A DNA stretch of 62,905 bases, filler included, from Intoshia linei (lineage: Eukaryota; Animalia; Orthonectida), in NCBI GenBank assembly GCA_001642005.1. It is 8 parts of 8 records of this genome, joined end to end, with 100 filler letters (N's around TTAATTAATTAA, not from the genome) between each part and the next. Parts side by side here need not be neighbours in the genome. Positions count along the whole stretch, not along the records: positions 36,841 to 44,957 come from LWCA01001482.1; positions 45,058 to 46,596 come from LWCA01002693.1; positions 46,697 to 49,672 come from LWCA01002179.1; positions 49,773 to 59,985 come from LWCA01001297.1; 4 more parts are not named here. One strand, written 5' to 3'. Both the position numbers and the translations under genes were made by a program. The notes under the pieces are model-generated. The model ran no database searches, was not told where the DNA came from, and saw nothing but the letters and a program-made list of their open reading frames with translations. Shown one piece after another: positions 38,274 through 51,269 of the stretch (position 1 is its first letter; the number at the start of each line of letters is the position of its first letter).

Positions 38274-40578
38274 TTAATTTTTTGTTGCAATTAGTCCTTT
38301 CTGGCAACTTTTAATTTGGTTTTCACGGTATCTGCGATAAACTCGAATGTATATTGATCCAAAAACAAGAAAGATACCAATCGTATTATACACATTGATT
38401 GGATGATTGTAAATGAAACTAAATGATAAATAAAAAAATTTTAAACCAGTGTTTCCCAAATGCTCAAAGGTTTCATAAAAATTTTTAAAAAAATTTAATA
38501 TTATGACTTGGTCGATTTATTACGTTATTTATAAATTATTTTTTTAATGTTGCCTAGTAACTTTGCTTTAATGGTCCGTGATAAATTTTATAATTTATTA
38601 CCGGTTCGTCGTGAAAAAACTGAAACCGTATTTTAAACTAAATTTAAAATTTAATCTCAGTGTCGATTAAATGCTTGAAATTTTATTTTATTTTAGAATA
38701 TTTTCTGGGTAACCTAAATTTCAAAATGTTTTTATTTTTTTTGTCTATAAGAAAAGTTGGACTAATGGTTTAAAAAAGTTAAAAATTTTGATGACAGTTG
38801 GACATTGACCTGGTACAGAATATAATCAACCTTGACAAGAAAATAGCTATAATTTGTCGAACAATCATAATTATTGTGAATATTATTGCTCCGTGTTTTT
38901 TTATGGTGTACAGAATTATTAATTGTCCAAAAGCCGAACAAGTACAAATAACTAGCAAATCTTTGAGAAAGCTATAATTTGAAATAAAATTGGAAATATT
39001 TCCATCGACGCTCTCTTTGGTTAAATACGAAACTCCAGTCATTTGTAGAGCAAAAAAAGTTATGGCACAAAGCATATCTACAGAATTAACACGGTATCTT
39101 ACAAATAATTTTTGTTGCCAATTGGAAGTGAATGCATCAAATAATAGGTATCCAATAATCAACAATATGCCAGAAGATAAGGATTCCGTACTATCATTTA
39201 TAAACGAATCGTTACTTTTTAGTTTAAATATAACTGCTCCGATTGTAATTGTAATGGCTGTGATGTATTCATACAGTTTGTAACGATTATTCAGTAAAAT
39301 AAACCCGACCAGCATCACTGGTATTAATTTAGTACTTTTCGACACTACTTGCATTGGAAAAGAAATGTATTGTAATGCTTCGTATTGAAACCAACTGCTA
39401 ACGACATTTGAAAATGCACATAGACTATATAAATGAAATGGAGCTGTACCATATTCGTTTTTGCTTTGGTTTTTCCATTTTTTGTAAATTATACATAATG
39501 CAGATGACGTAAAGGCAAATAATCTACTGTAAAATATAATAAATTGGGGATCTTCAATTTTCTTTTTTATTGTTTCATATTCCTTTAATACCACATCGTA
39601 CGTTTTTGCTTCGTATGCTGTTGTCATTATTCTTTCTTGTAGCATGCCCCACGTTACATAAATTGCTATTAAGGATATTGAACAGAATAATAGATTTTTT
39701 GTGTTCGTTTTGAAAGATGCACTTTCTGGTTCTTCAATTATAATTTCATTGCCATAAACTATAGTTTTCAATAAATACTCCATTTTGTTGTTTAATTTTA
39801 CTAAAAATTTAATGTATTATTATTAAGATAATTAATATGAAAAATTATAGTTATCATTGGTAATATATAATGTATTAGTTGACTGTTATGTAGTACGTAC
39901 AAACAGCATCTAGCTCTGCTCTTTATTTTTCAAAAAAAAAGTAATGTGGGTTTTTGACCGTTAAAATTATTTTTTTTGAGGTTATCATTTATGATAATGT
40001 TTATGAATTTAAAAACCATTCCAGAATTTATGTATAAAATTATAAGAGTTTTTTATGTTTATGAAAAAAGGTAATGTGTGGTTTTAGCCGTGAAGATATA
40101 AGATTTTGAAATTGAAAAGTATTATAATATTGATAAATTTCAAACTTTTTATTAGAATGTGTATTTTATATAATTCTAGGACGGGTTTGAATTTAAAAAC
40201 AAAGGACAATTGGAGTTTTTAACCTTAAAAGACTGATTTTCTGAAATTGAAATTTGCGATAAAACATCACTCTGGAAAAACTGTTATAAGAATATGAAAC
40301 TTGCATATCCATATTAGTTATTCATCTACTATAAAAGATATCATATAGCTAGTTACTGTAATTAACCTTATTTATAATATTTTCTATTTGATTCACTAAA
40401 ATCTGACACAACTCTGAGTGTCAGATTGTCAGTTCAATACATATAAAAATTCAATTTAAAGATTACATTCCGTTTTATCCAAAATGATTTTAATGATTTG
40501 ATAAAGAGCATAATATATAAAAACTACAGATCCATACACGGCAGTATTTTTAAACAAAAGTTTAATCCAAAGGTACAT
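38274..40578 (-). CDS. SLC35B2: PAPS transporter 1 (UAA family), 3 exons (40467-40578, 38831-39800, 38274-38418), ~408 aa
   Basis: WGMLQERIMTTAY, SNVVSSWFQYEALQYISFPMQVVSKSTKLIPVM, DAFTSNWQ and SAFGQLIILYTIKKHGAIIFTIIM. The upstream exon WIKLLFKNTAVYGS matches the SLC35B2 N-terminus; all intron phases are in frame. Confidence 0.9.
38447..38630. mobile_element. hAT (Charlie/Buster-like) MITE in SLC35B2 intron
   Basis: Left end CAGTGTTTCCCAAA; exact 8-bp direct repeat ttttaaac on both sides (38439-38446, 38631-38638) with central TA. Confidence 0.6.
39875..40290 (-). mobile_element. Degenerate Helitron copy in SLC35B2 intron 1
   Basis: Same 3' hairpin followed by CTAA|T; internal family homology. 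Confidence 0.6.
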
Positions 40579-41321
40579 TCCAACTCTTTAGAAATAATAA
40601 TTAAATGATTCGTTTCGGCAATTTAACATATTATTCAAATATATATTAGATATTGATAATTCAATGCCTAATACACATGGCTATATTTAATATTAATACA
40701 ACAGATGTATTTTGCATTAAATTAAGTATCATATAACCTTAATTTGTTACTTGGATTTTATGTTAGCTTATTAATAGCTGAAACGTAATTTTTATTTGAA
40801 TAAATTTAATCCATTTATGTTTATATTATATCCACTGCGTGTATTTAAAATGTATCTGTTTTAATAATAAATAAGCACTGCGAATATTGTAATGTACATG
40901 TAAATTCTATATTATAGAATGCCGGTTTACATAAAGTAGGTGTAACATTTTATTTAAATTTTAAATCAACGTATCAAAACATAAAAGGTAAATGTAACCG
41001 TTTAGTTTTGACATTAATTATAATTAATACATGTAGTGTAGTGAACCACAATGTATTACGATACACAACAGATGAGTTTAATGTCACGTGTATAATATAC
41101 ACTGTATATTTACAATAATAACCTTTTTGTTTGTTGGTGTGTAAGTAATATTTGTTTTCAAGTTAAGAATCTCGACAAGTCAAATTGTTAAATCCTAAGC
41201 TAAATACCCTATTGAGAATTAAAGTGTGTTTAGACACGTTATGGAGTCAAAAAATTTCATCAACACAGTCTTTATTTATATCATATTAATTTCGTATTGC
41301 TTTAGAATCTAAAGCAATACC

Positions 41322-41863
41322 AATGCGTAGATTTCTGGGGTTGAAATTTTGTATTTATTTCAACTGGAATAAGCTCTGTCAAAATAATCTTTTTTTTATT
41401 TTCGGACCGTTAATTATTTCACATTTTTTGACCATGAAGGCGTCACTTATTCAGATTGAAATTTTTTGTGTGTGTTAACCGGATACAACTGTAGCACCTG
41501 TAAATTTTTTTAAATTCTAAGGCTGTTTTCATAATGAAAAAAGGGTAATTTGGGGTTTTGGCCCTAAAGATATAATTTTTTTAAGTTTAAATTTATAATA
41601 ATGTTTATGATTTTAAAATCTGTATCAGCGTATATATTTTTTTAAATTCTCCAACTCGTTTGATTTTCAATAAAAAGGACAATTGGGGTTTTCACCCGTA
41701 AGATGTGAGTTAGAGAGGTTGAAATTTATTTTATTATACGTCCCGGAAAAAACTGTAATTGAAATGTGGACTTTATAAAATCCTAAGACTGGTAGTTATT
41801 GAAATAAAGTGAAACACACATACACACAAACAAAAATCGCGTAGTATATTATATAAGTAAGGA
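41322..41863 (-). mobile_element. Helitron 5' fragment
   Basis: A|TCCTTACTTATATAAT 5' end at 41863; family homology. Confidence 0.75.
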
Positions 41864-42747
41864 TAAATTTACTCTAATTACTTTTAAATTGTAGGATGCA
41901 AAATTTGAAAATCTTTGGAAAAAAATTAAAATACGATTTTGAACAGGAATACGTATAATTTAACAAAAATAAAGAAATTTTTAATACAGATCTTGTTAAA
42001 TTTTGTTAAATAACGACATTACTTACGGAACGACCTAATATAAGTAAGGATTAAGCTAAAAATGTATGTCCGTTTATCTGTTACAAAATTATTTAGGAAA
42101 GTCATTTTAAAGAGTTATAAGAATACCAATTTCTAATAAAGTTTTTGAGGGTGGGGTTTTATCGTAAATTTCATTTTCAGAAATTGAGTCATTCAAAGTC
42201 AAAAACGAAAATATACTTTCTGATACCAATTTTACAATTATGAACATTAAGGTTAATTTCAATTTTAAAAAAATATATCTTCATGGTCAAAACCCCAAAT
42301 TACCCTTTTTGTTAACAATCAAAAGTCATAAAATTTTATAAAATAAAACATAACCTCTGTGATTGTTTTTATAATCATTATTTATTATCAGTGACAGTTT
42401 TCATCAATTTTTCATTTAAACGATCTATGTCTCTATCATATCAATATATTATATTGATTCTTTAAACTAAATTCACAAAAGTAGTCAGAGATAAATGTAC
42501 AAAATTTTATTGGGAAAAAGATGATATAATTAAAATGTCATAATTGAAGCATAACACCATCTTCGCAATAAAAAGTTTCATCTTTCCACCTGGCTACTCT
42601 TGTATCTTTAATTGGGTCACATGTTAATTAACAGTCAAGAGTTTAAATAAAAAGTTGACACATTTAATGTAATCTATTAATTTAATTTATTTTTTTTAAT
42701 CTATTAATAATGTAATTCAACCCATACAAAGTATGTTTTTATACAAA

Positions 42748-42990
42748 TCCTTACTTATATAATTATGCTACGCAATATTTGTTTGTGTGTGTGTTCTACT
42801 TTATTTTAATAACTACCAGTCTTAGAATTTTATAAAGTCCACATTTCAATTACAGTTTTTGTCGGGACATATAGTAAGACAAAATTTCAACCTCCCAAAC
42901 TCACATCTTATGTGTCAACAACCCCAATTGTCATTTTTATTGAAAATCAAATCAGTTGGAGAATTTAAAAAAATATATTTGCTGATAAAA
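42748..42990 (+). mobile_element. Helitron 5' fragment
   Basis: A|TCCTTACTTATATAATTATGCTACG start. Confidence 0.7.
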
Positions 42991-45057
42991 TTACTTATTT
43001 ATAAATTAAATTAAAAACTGTCAACATTTTATTTTGAGATCAAACATAAAAATAATTTCGATAATGCTAGAAAAATTGTTATCACTATAATTTATACATT
43101 AAAATGGCAAGATTTTTATTATTATTAATAGGTAAATAATGAACATGCCATTATTTTGGCAAAGATAAAATGAATTTTACATAATATAATGACTGTAAGA
43201 TTTAGTTGCAGACCAAGTTAAATGACTAAATAAATCTTGCCGAACTGCGGACCAGTTTATATTAGGTTTAATATTATTACTATATATATATATTAATAAT
43301 TAATTACCATTTATTTATTTTATACCTTTTTGGACATTTAAAAAAATACCTAAAAGTTTTTTTAAGATTCGTCGCTATTGGTGATTATTAATAAGTATCT
43401 CAAATATTAGATCACAATATTGTAATTTTTCTGGACTACATACCCTCACGTTTTTAAAAAAAAATTACTGTAGTATACAGTTTACATAATGTAATATTAA
43501 TTTTTCAATAAATTTGATTCTTTTGTGAACTAAATGACTTCACATACACAAAACTGACCTAATTTTCAAACTTTTGAACTAAACAACATAAAATTTTATA
43601 CTAATGAAGATAAAAATGATTATTAATCATTATCTAAAGTAGTAGTTATCAAAGTGGGGTGCACGCGTATAATATACAATGTATACAAGACATACATATA
43701 TTACATCATTTTTTTAGACATTTTTACTATTATGATATATTTTCAGCCCTTTGTGGTTATATGTGGTTATACATGGATTTAATTGGTGTACAAAAACTAC
43801 TATTATAAATCTGATGGCTAAAATTTGGTTCATACGGAATAGAGTTAAACGAATTATGGCCCAAAATAAAAAATAGATAAATGTAACTATTTTTTTAACT
43901 ATATATATATATATAACTATATATGACGAATATATAATAAAACATTTTAAATTACTTTGTAGGGCCTACAAAGCCTAGAAGTCACAAAAAGGTTGAAAAC
44001 CACTATTGTAAACCAATTAATTTATAATTTTTTCTAAAACGTGAAAATATATCAAAAAAACATGATTAAAAATATAATTGACTTGCTTGTAAAAACGATT
44101 ATAGTTTTGTTTAAAATTTACATTATAATTTAAATGCTACATTAATAAACAATTTTCAACTTTTTGTCGTGCGCCAGATAAACTTAATATTATATAAAAG
44201 AGAATTTTAAAATTTTAACAATTTTAAATTAACTTTAGAATAGTTTTTTTAAAAATAAGGCCGAGCATCTATGTAAAATGTTAAAAAGAAAAATATAAAA
44301 TTTTAATATAGTGGTATAAATTTAAAATAAAAAATTTTATTAACTTTTAGACACTACAAACCGTATTTTTGTGCATAAAACACATGAAAAAGCTGAAATG
44401 CAAATAATTTCAAAAGCAAATGTCATTTATATCAAAACAATAAATATTTTAAAAATCAAGAATTTAAATTTAAATTAATATTGAAATATAAGATTACTCA
44501 GATCTGAGTAATTTTGATATTATTGAAATTTCAAATTTTTTTTTCAGATAACTTATCTTTAATTATTTTAGCTGTTTCTAATTTCGTTTAAAAAGCGACG
44601 GTACCCACTGCCGAGGTTCACCCACTGCCATCGGGCTATTAATATGTATTAACTTTAATATTATCACATATTATTTTGAAATAAAGATTAATTATTTTCT
44701 AATTTAATTGATTAATAAAACTGAAATGTTTATTGTATATGTCGTATAGAATGTGTACAACTGTGAAATGTACACATTTCATGGATAAGTCGTTGAATGT
44801 AATTTCCCAAATAATGATAATAATAATGAACCAAGAACGATAAAATAAATATATGATGAGTTGAAGCAGATTTAAATTAAATACTTAATATAAGTCAATA
44901 TACAATTATTTATTTATTGGTACAAGACAAGCTGTGATGGCAGCGACTATTACAAAGNNNNNNNNNNNNNNNNNNNNNNNNNNNNNNNNNNNNNNNNNNN
45001 NTTAATTAATTAANNNNNNNNNNNNNNNNNNNNNNNNNNNNNNNNNNNNNNNNNNNN

Positions 45058-45440
45058 TAAATTGTATATGTTATGTGTTATATTATGATTAGTATTATAG
45101 TTAAATTTATTTTAGATCTGATATTTTATATCAAATGTGTGTAACATTATTTACATAATTTTTTATATTTTTTACTAGCTATCAAAATGTAACACAACTT
45201 ATAATTTAAAGATATTTAAATAGTTAATGATTTGTAATATATTATAATATTTATTATAGTTAAATTTATTTTAAGTCATATATTTTATATTAAATAAGTG
45301 TCACATATTATTTAAACAATTTTTTATATTTTTTACTTGCTATTAAAATGTAATATTACTTATAATTTAATAAAATTTAAATTGTCAAGGATTCATGTGT
45401 TATGTTATTATGATTATTTATTATGTGATTTTTATTCATA
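45058..45440. repeat. Diverged ~160-bp tandem repeat (2+ units)
   Basis: tattatagttaaatttattt...tttttatattttttact.gctat.aaaatgtaa...acttataatttaa occurs at ~45093 and ~45254. Confidence 0.55.
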
Positions 45441-45559
45441 TTTTTTGATTAGAAATGTGTAGACGTTTAATGCACATTTTTTTTGGAAATTGTAGGATCA
45501 ATATTTACATTATCAATTTTTATTTTAATTGAAATAATTGATAAATATTGGTTGATAAT

Positions 45560-46596
45560 ACATTAAAAATTATTTAGAATTTAGAATTTAGAATTTTTTC
45601 TTCAACATACATGTTAGAATCTGCGTTTAGTTCAGTTTTAAATATACTCTTTAAGCAGAGAAACCGATTAAATATTGCCCATCGTGGAGACTTGCGATTA
45701 AATCTTACTAATTTTAAACCGGATATAAAAAAATTATTGCGAATCAGCAAGCCCAAGATTTTCATTAAAAAATATTTATTTTAACTTGTAAATAAACATA
45801 TTTCGAATAATATGTTAGGTACACTATCACAAAGTTACCTTTTTTATTTATTATTCATGGATACTATATAATTTTTTATTTTGGGGGCGTTAGCTTAAAA
45901 AAGGTTGAGTACCCCTGGTCTAAAGCTAACTATCTGTTAAAATATTATCTACTTAGTTCAAACAAATCTGCAGCTATAATTAATGCGTGCAAATTTGATG
46001 TCGATTACTGGGCGCCTGCTTGGTTCACTTGTAGAAGACCAACTGAACCAATTGAATTATTACGAGTAATACTGGAAGGTAAAACATTGGAATGCTTTAA
46101 TCGGAATTATATGTTGCGATCATATTCTATCAATGTGGATGTTACAAANGCTTAAAAAAGGTTGAGTACCCCTGGTCTAAAGCTAACTATCTGTTANTAC
46201 ATTAAAAATTATTTAGAATTTAGAATTTAGAATTTTTTCTTCAACATACATGTTAGAATCTGCGTTTAGTTCAGTTTTAAATATACTTACTAAGCAGAGA
46301 AACCGATTAAATATTGCCAATCGTGGAGACTTGCGATTTAATCTTACTAATTTTAAACCGGATATAAAAAAATTATTGCGAATCAGCAAGCCCAAGATTC
46401 TCATTAAAAAATATTTATTTTAACTTGTAAATAAACTTATTTCGAATATGTTAGGTACACTATCACAAAGTTACCTTTTTTATTTATTATCCATGGATAC
46501 TATATAATTTTTTATTTTGAGGGCGTTAGCTTAAAAAAGGTTGAGTACCCCTGGTCTAAAGCTAACTATCTGTTAAAATATTATCTACTTAGTTCA
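45560..46596. repeat. ~400-bp near-identical direct duplication (45560-45960 and 46198-46596) containing a hAT-like end
   Basis: Two copies with a few SNPs; single n characters at the junctions; contains aaggttgagtacccctg|gtctaaag. Confidence 0.6.
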
Positions 46597-46696
46597 NNNN
46601 NNNNNNNNNNNNNNNNNNNNNNNNNNNNNNNNNNNNNNNNTTAATTAATTAANNNNNNNNNNNNNNNNNNNNNNNNNNNNNNNNNNNNNNNNNNNN

Positions 46697-46943
46697 AGTA
46701 ATCGTGTTTCTATTCATGCGCTTCCAGTAAAAAGCACTTTCATCACAATTGTGCATCAGTCAAATCTAATTCGTGAATGGTCGTATGTAATTTCACTTTA
46801 AAAGCTCTAATTTTTCGTGAATCTGCAGATAAATTTTCACCCGAGCGTTTTTTAAATTTGAGCCCATGTCTAACTTTAAATTTGTAAAGCCACCCATAGC
46901 TAACCTTAAATACTGTTAGTTTTATGAAAAAGGGCTGTTTCAT
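46697..46943 (-). pseudogene. Tigger/pogo transposase fragment (CENP-B HTH end to first catalytic D)
   Basis: FKVSYGWLYKFKVRHGL...SGE, then after a frameshift CDESAFYWKRM. Confidence 0.8.
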
Positions 46944-46982
46944 TTTTTTCTAATTTTATTGTTTGTACAGAATCCATATTTT

Positions 46983-47948
46983 TCAACGTTGAGTAATTTT
47001 TTTTATTGAATAAATTGTGGAAATTGCGGTTTTATACTTTGTGCATAAATCCGTCGGTTTATATTGTGTTGAATATGTATTGTATGTTATGGTAAAATAA
47101 AACACCTTGTCACCTTCAATCTTAACAATATATTTGTGGATTAATTTGGCAATATTGTCTAAAAACATCATCAAAAACAGTGAATATTCATTTATAAAAA
47201 ATATTGTCAATTTTTTTGAAGAATCATAATTATCAAAATACTGTTTGAGAGGTTAAAACATATAAAGTACACGTTTTAACGACGGAGCCAAGGATAACCA
47301 CCGAGGTGACCTATAACTCAAAATTTGTTCAAAATCGATATTGAGATGATAGCAAATTTTTTTAAGGTGGATGTTAAAGTATGAAAATGGAAATAAATTT
47401 TTAGGAGAGTTTTTTATATAAATAGGTAAATATCAGTGCATTTTTAATAACATTGTTTATAATATGAGCATTACAACAATTTGCTACTAATTTTATATTA
47501 AAGAATTGGCTCAATTTAAGCAAAACATTGTTTTGTCCTGTCTGGTTTATTTCCTCCAAAATTTCCATTTGTGTTGTCCGCAGAAATTGACATAATCTTT
47601 TTTTTAATATTACATTGTTGAAGTGTATCAATTATACTATCTGAAATATCACTTTCAATTTCTACATCTAATTTTTTGTCTCATCTCATAATTAGTATCT
47701 AGGTAACTACAGGTAATTGGCATAAGCTTAACATTTCTTAGGAAATTTGATATGTCAAATGCTATTGATACACAACTGACATCTTTCAATTCAGATAAAA
47801 ATGTTTGAAAATAATGGGGATATAAAAATTTGTTCACTATTGAAAAACTTTTAGTTTGACAACAGTGAACATTGACATTAAACATCTTATCCAATATATA
47901 TATCTCATATGCAACATTCGTAAACATTAATAATGTCAAATATATCAT
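46983..47948 (-). pseudogene. hAT transposase fossil (catalytic core)
   Basis: VSIAFDISN..KLMPI, CNAHIINN (CxxH) and RWLSLAPSLKRVLYMF*PLKQYF motifs with stops and frameshifts. Confidence 0.72.
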
Positions 47949-48955
47949 TGATGCATTGCTTTCTTGGTTTTACAAATGTAGATCGCTTCATGTAAGTTTT
48001 CATATTTAAAATCGTACCCCACGTGATCTAATAACCAAGTATCAGATCTTATGGTGTAGTCTTGTTTAAAATCGATGTTTTTTCCGTTTAGTGTTAAATT
48101 GGCAGTCATTTCCTCAATTGTTTCGTTTACAAAAGGTAGGTCCATATAAATTAATCTCAAGCCGACCTGTCTTGATATAATTTAAATCCTCAACCAATAA
48201 GTTGTTTATTGGTGTCAAAAATCACCAAATCACCAGTCAAAGCTTACCACCAATACTTTTTAAGTAGGGAATGTAAGATTTGTAGGATTTTTTAAATAAT
48301 TTATAATCATGTTCACTACCCAGTCCTTTAGGCTGCGAAAATAAAGCATAATAAATAGAATGGGCCATTATAGCTACTTCTTTCTTTACGCCATATGTTC
48401 CATCCCAATATAATTTATGGTTGACTACGCCATTTCGTGGTTTTTGGATTCGTACTGTTGTAGAGTCCCCCAACAAAGCAACGTTGGGAAAATCATCAAT
48501 ACCAACATAGATCGGTCGTTTTCTATTTTCCTACCATTTGTTCTTTTGGGAATCGTAAAGCGGAGCCCTCATTCTATCAATTGCCTTATGAACTGTTTGT
48601 ACGCTACTTAATCCAAATATCTTAGTGATGATTCGCATAGTTGTAGCAGTTTTTAGCCAGAACAATGTCAAAATTAATGGATCTATCCCTTTAATTTTAG
48701 GCGAAGGACCTCGTCTTCTATGGTCAACTAAGAATCCAATTAAACTATGATACAGTAGTTCCAGTTCCATTTTATAAAATCCGGTAATATCCAAAAGGCA
48801 TCATTCTCTGAAACAAATTTATAAATAGGACCACTGAAATCAATTTCAATTTCTATGTTATCAACAATATTCACATTTTCAATTGCATCTTCCCCCTCGT
48901 CAATAGCTCTTAAAACGCTATTCAATAAGGATCGATGATGGTTGGCCATTAGCAC
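47945..48955 (-). pseudogene. PIF/Harbinger-like (DDE_Tnp_4) transposase fossil
   Basis: HTH region LILTLFWLKTATTMRIITKIFGLSSVQTVHK, then FPNVALLGDSTTVRIQKP, GSEHDYKLF and WLLD.GY; frameshifted. Confidence 0.72.
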
Positions 48956-49386
48956 GATAAATGTATATAATTTATTGTAAATATTCAGATTACCAAATAA
49001 ATAGCACGGTATACAGTAAACACTCGAAAAGTGACCATTTTTTTGGGCAAGTGGTCACTTTTTCCACTATAGTTAAAGTGATGTCATTACTATAGTGTTG
49101 TGTTGAATGTACAGTTAAATTGTGTTCATATCCATTGACGACTTTCAAACAGATCAAACATTTATTGTTTTTCAAACAAAGACGAAATTTTATATTTTGA
49201 TGAATTAACTTTAACTTTTTAAGTTTTATAAAATTTATACGAAAAAATTTTTATTTATTTTATCATTTTAAAATTTATCACCTTTATTTTTGAAAAGAAT
49301 TTATCAATTTGATTAATGGAAAATTTTAACTTTATCTTGTAATTTTAATAATGAATAACTGAATTCTATTGAGATTAAATTTAAGG

Positions 49387-49672
49387 TTACACGTTACACT
49401 TTAGAATCGTTCTCATTTCTAGTAATTTGGGGCTGATATGAGTTGATCTTTTATTGTATCCTGCGATACTAAATACTCTCTCAATCATTGAGGAACTCAA
49501 TGGGACACACAATAACTTTAGTGCCAAAGGTTTTAAATGAGTATAGTCTTCATTATTGGTCCACCATTTAATAGGATTTAGATTATGGGATATCAAAATT
49601 TGTGATTTATAGATTTCCATTTGTTCAAGTAATGTTTTATTATTTATTTTGTTTTTATTCAAAAAGGCATAG
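49387..49672 (-). pseudogene. hAT C-terminal dimerisation domain
   Basis: NPIKWW...YTHLKPLALKLLCVPLSSSMIERVFSIAG..KRSTHISPKLLE; cut by the gap. Confidence 0.85.
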
Positions 49673-49772
49673 NNNNNNNNNNNNNNNNNNNNNNNNNNNN
49701 NNNNNNNNNNNNNNNNTTAATTAATTAANNNNNNNNNNNNNNNNNNNNNNNNNNNNNNNNNNNNNNNNNNNN

Positions 49773-50272
49773 GTTGTTCGTCAATTACAACATTTTCACC
49801 AGGTATAAATGATTTTCGACAATTTTTAATAAATAGTTCTCATATATTACGAAACGCAGCAAATTTATCATTTTTATTTCTTGTTTGTACATCATCAAAT
49901 CTTAAATTTGTCGAAATGTCCCTAAATCTATTTAAAGACATCGTTGCTCTGAATACGTTTCTCCCAAGAGGCCCACATTTCCACATCATGGTAGCATTTT
50001 CCTTACTACTTTTGCATAATCCCGACATAATCAAAAGTCCAATGAATGCTTTCAATTCTCTACTGTCTATATTAGAAAATTTTAAATGTAAGAAATTTGC
50101 TCGGTCATTTGTACATTTCACTATAATATCCAACACTTTTTGATCAATAAATTTCATCTAGATTCATATGTTCTGATGTTTACATGTTCTATAAATTGTA
50201 ATGTTTGACATGGGATTGGTTTATTAGACCAAATAGTATCAGTTTTTGATATAAAATATTCATTTTCCGACA
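49773..50272 (-). pseudogene. piggyBac transposase fragment
   Basis: ELKAFIGLLIMSG..MW...FRATMSLNRF..I...LRFDD..R...DKFAAFRNI*ELF..NC...PGENVVIDEQ with an in-frame stop. Confidence 0.88.
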
Positions 50273-50422
50273 TATACAAATACTTGTATCATTATTTTCA
50301 TTTATTTTGAGATAAAGTTAATCACTATAGATTTTATCACTATAAATTTTATTATACTAATAAAATACATCAAAGGAAATTGGCTTGTAGATTTACAATA
50401 CGTTATGCGTTTAAGTGTTAAT

Positions 50423-51194
50423 TAAAATGTTTTGAAAATGAAAATTTGAAATTTAAAAATTCCGAAGGAATAAATTATATAGATTTTCACCCATATGTCT
50501 TTATTGGAAATGTGTAGAGGTACAATACACACTTTTTTGGGAATTGTAAGATCAATATTTACATTTTTGATTAATTTATTATTAATTAATTTTGATAATT
50601 TTAATCGAAATATTTGAAAAATATTGGTTGATAATATATTAAAAATTATTTTTCACCGGGAATACGTAGATTTCTGGGGTTGAAATTTTGTATTTATATA
50701 AACTGAAATAAGCTCTATGAGAATAATCTTTTGTTTAATTTTAGGACTGTTACTTATTTCACATTTTTTATTGGAATAATATATTTCGGGAAAAAAATAT
50801 GTGAATACTAAAATGTTTTTTTGACCGTGAAGTTGTCACTTATTCGGATTGAAATTTTTTGAAATTATAGGGCTGTTTTCATTAAAAAAAAAGGGTGATT
50901 TGTGGTTTTGGCTTGAAGATATAATTTTTTGAAATTTAAATTTATGGTAATGTTTATGATTTTAAAATCCGTATCAGCGTATATATTTTTAAATTCTCTC
51001 AACTCATTTGATTTTCAAAAAGAGGGACAACAGGAGTTTTTGACCCGTAAGATGTGAAATTTATCTTATTATACGTCCTGGAAAAAACTAATTGAAATGT
51101 GGTCTTTAAAAAATTCTAAGAATGGTAGTTATTTCAATAAAGTCACACACAGACACACAAACAAAAATAGCGTAGCATATTATATAAGTTAGGA
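50423..51194 (-). mobile_element. Helitron copy (3'-truncated)
   Basis: A|TCCTAACTTATATAATATG 5' end at 51194; family homology. Confidence 0.75.
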
Positions 51195-51269
51195 TCCATC
51201 AAAATTTGAGGATTTTTGGATTTGACGATTTAATACGAGAAATTATGTATTTCATTTTTATCTTTTTAG

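Noticed and set aside
38990-39283. Antisense ORFs over real genes (also 9688-9918, 10396-10614, 11726-11926, 12343-12579, 49916-50143)
   Set aside because: Shadow frames of opposite-strand coding exons.
40640-42620. Scattered GC-richer blocks that might be exons of another gene or the NUDCD1 5' half
   Set aside because: I could not assemble a consistent spliced frame or recognise any motif.
45574-46404. Duplicated 63-aa ORFs as a tandem gene pair
   Set aside because: They sit in a near-identical duplication bounded by n characters and TE ends; probably uncollapsed haplotypes or repeat, with no protein motif.
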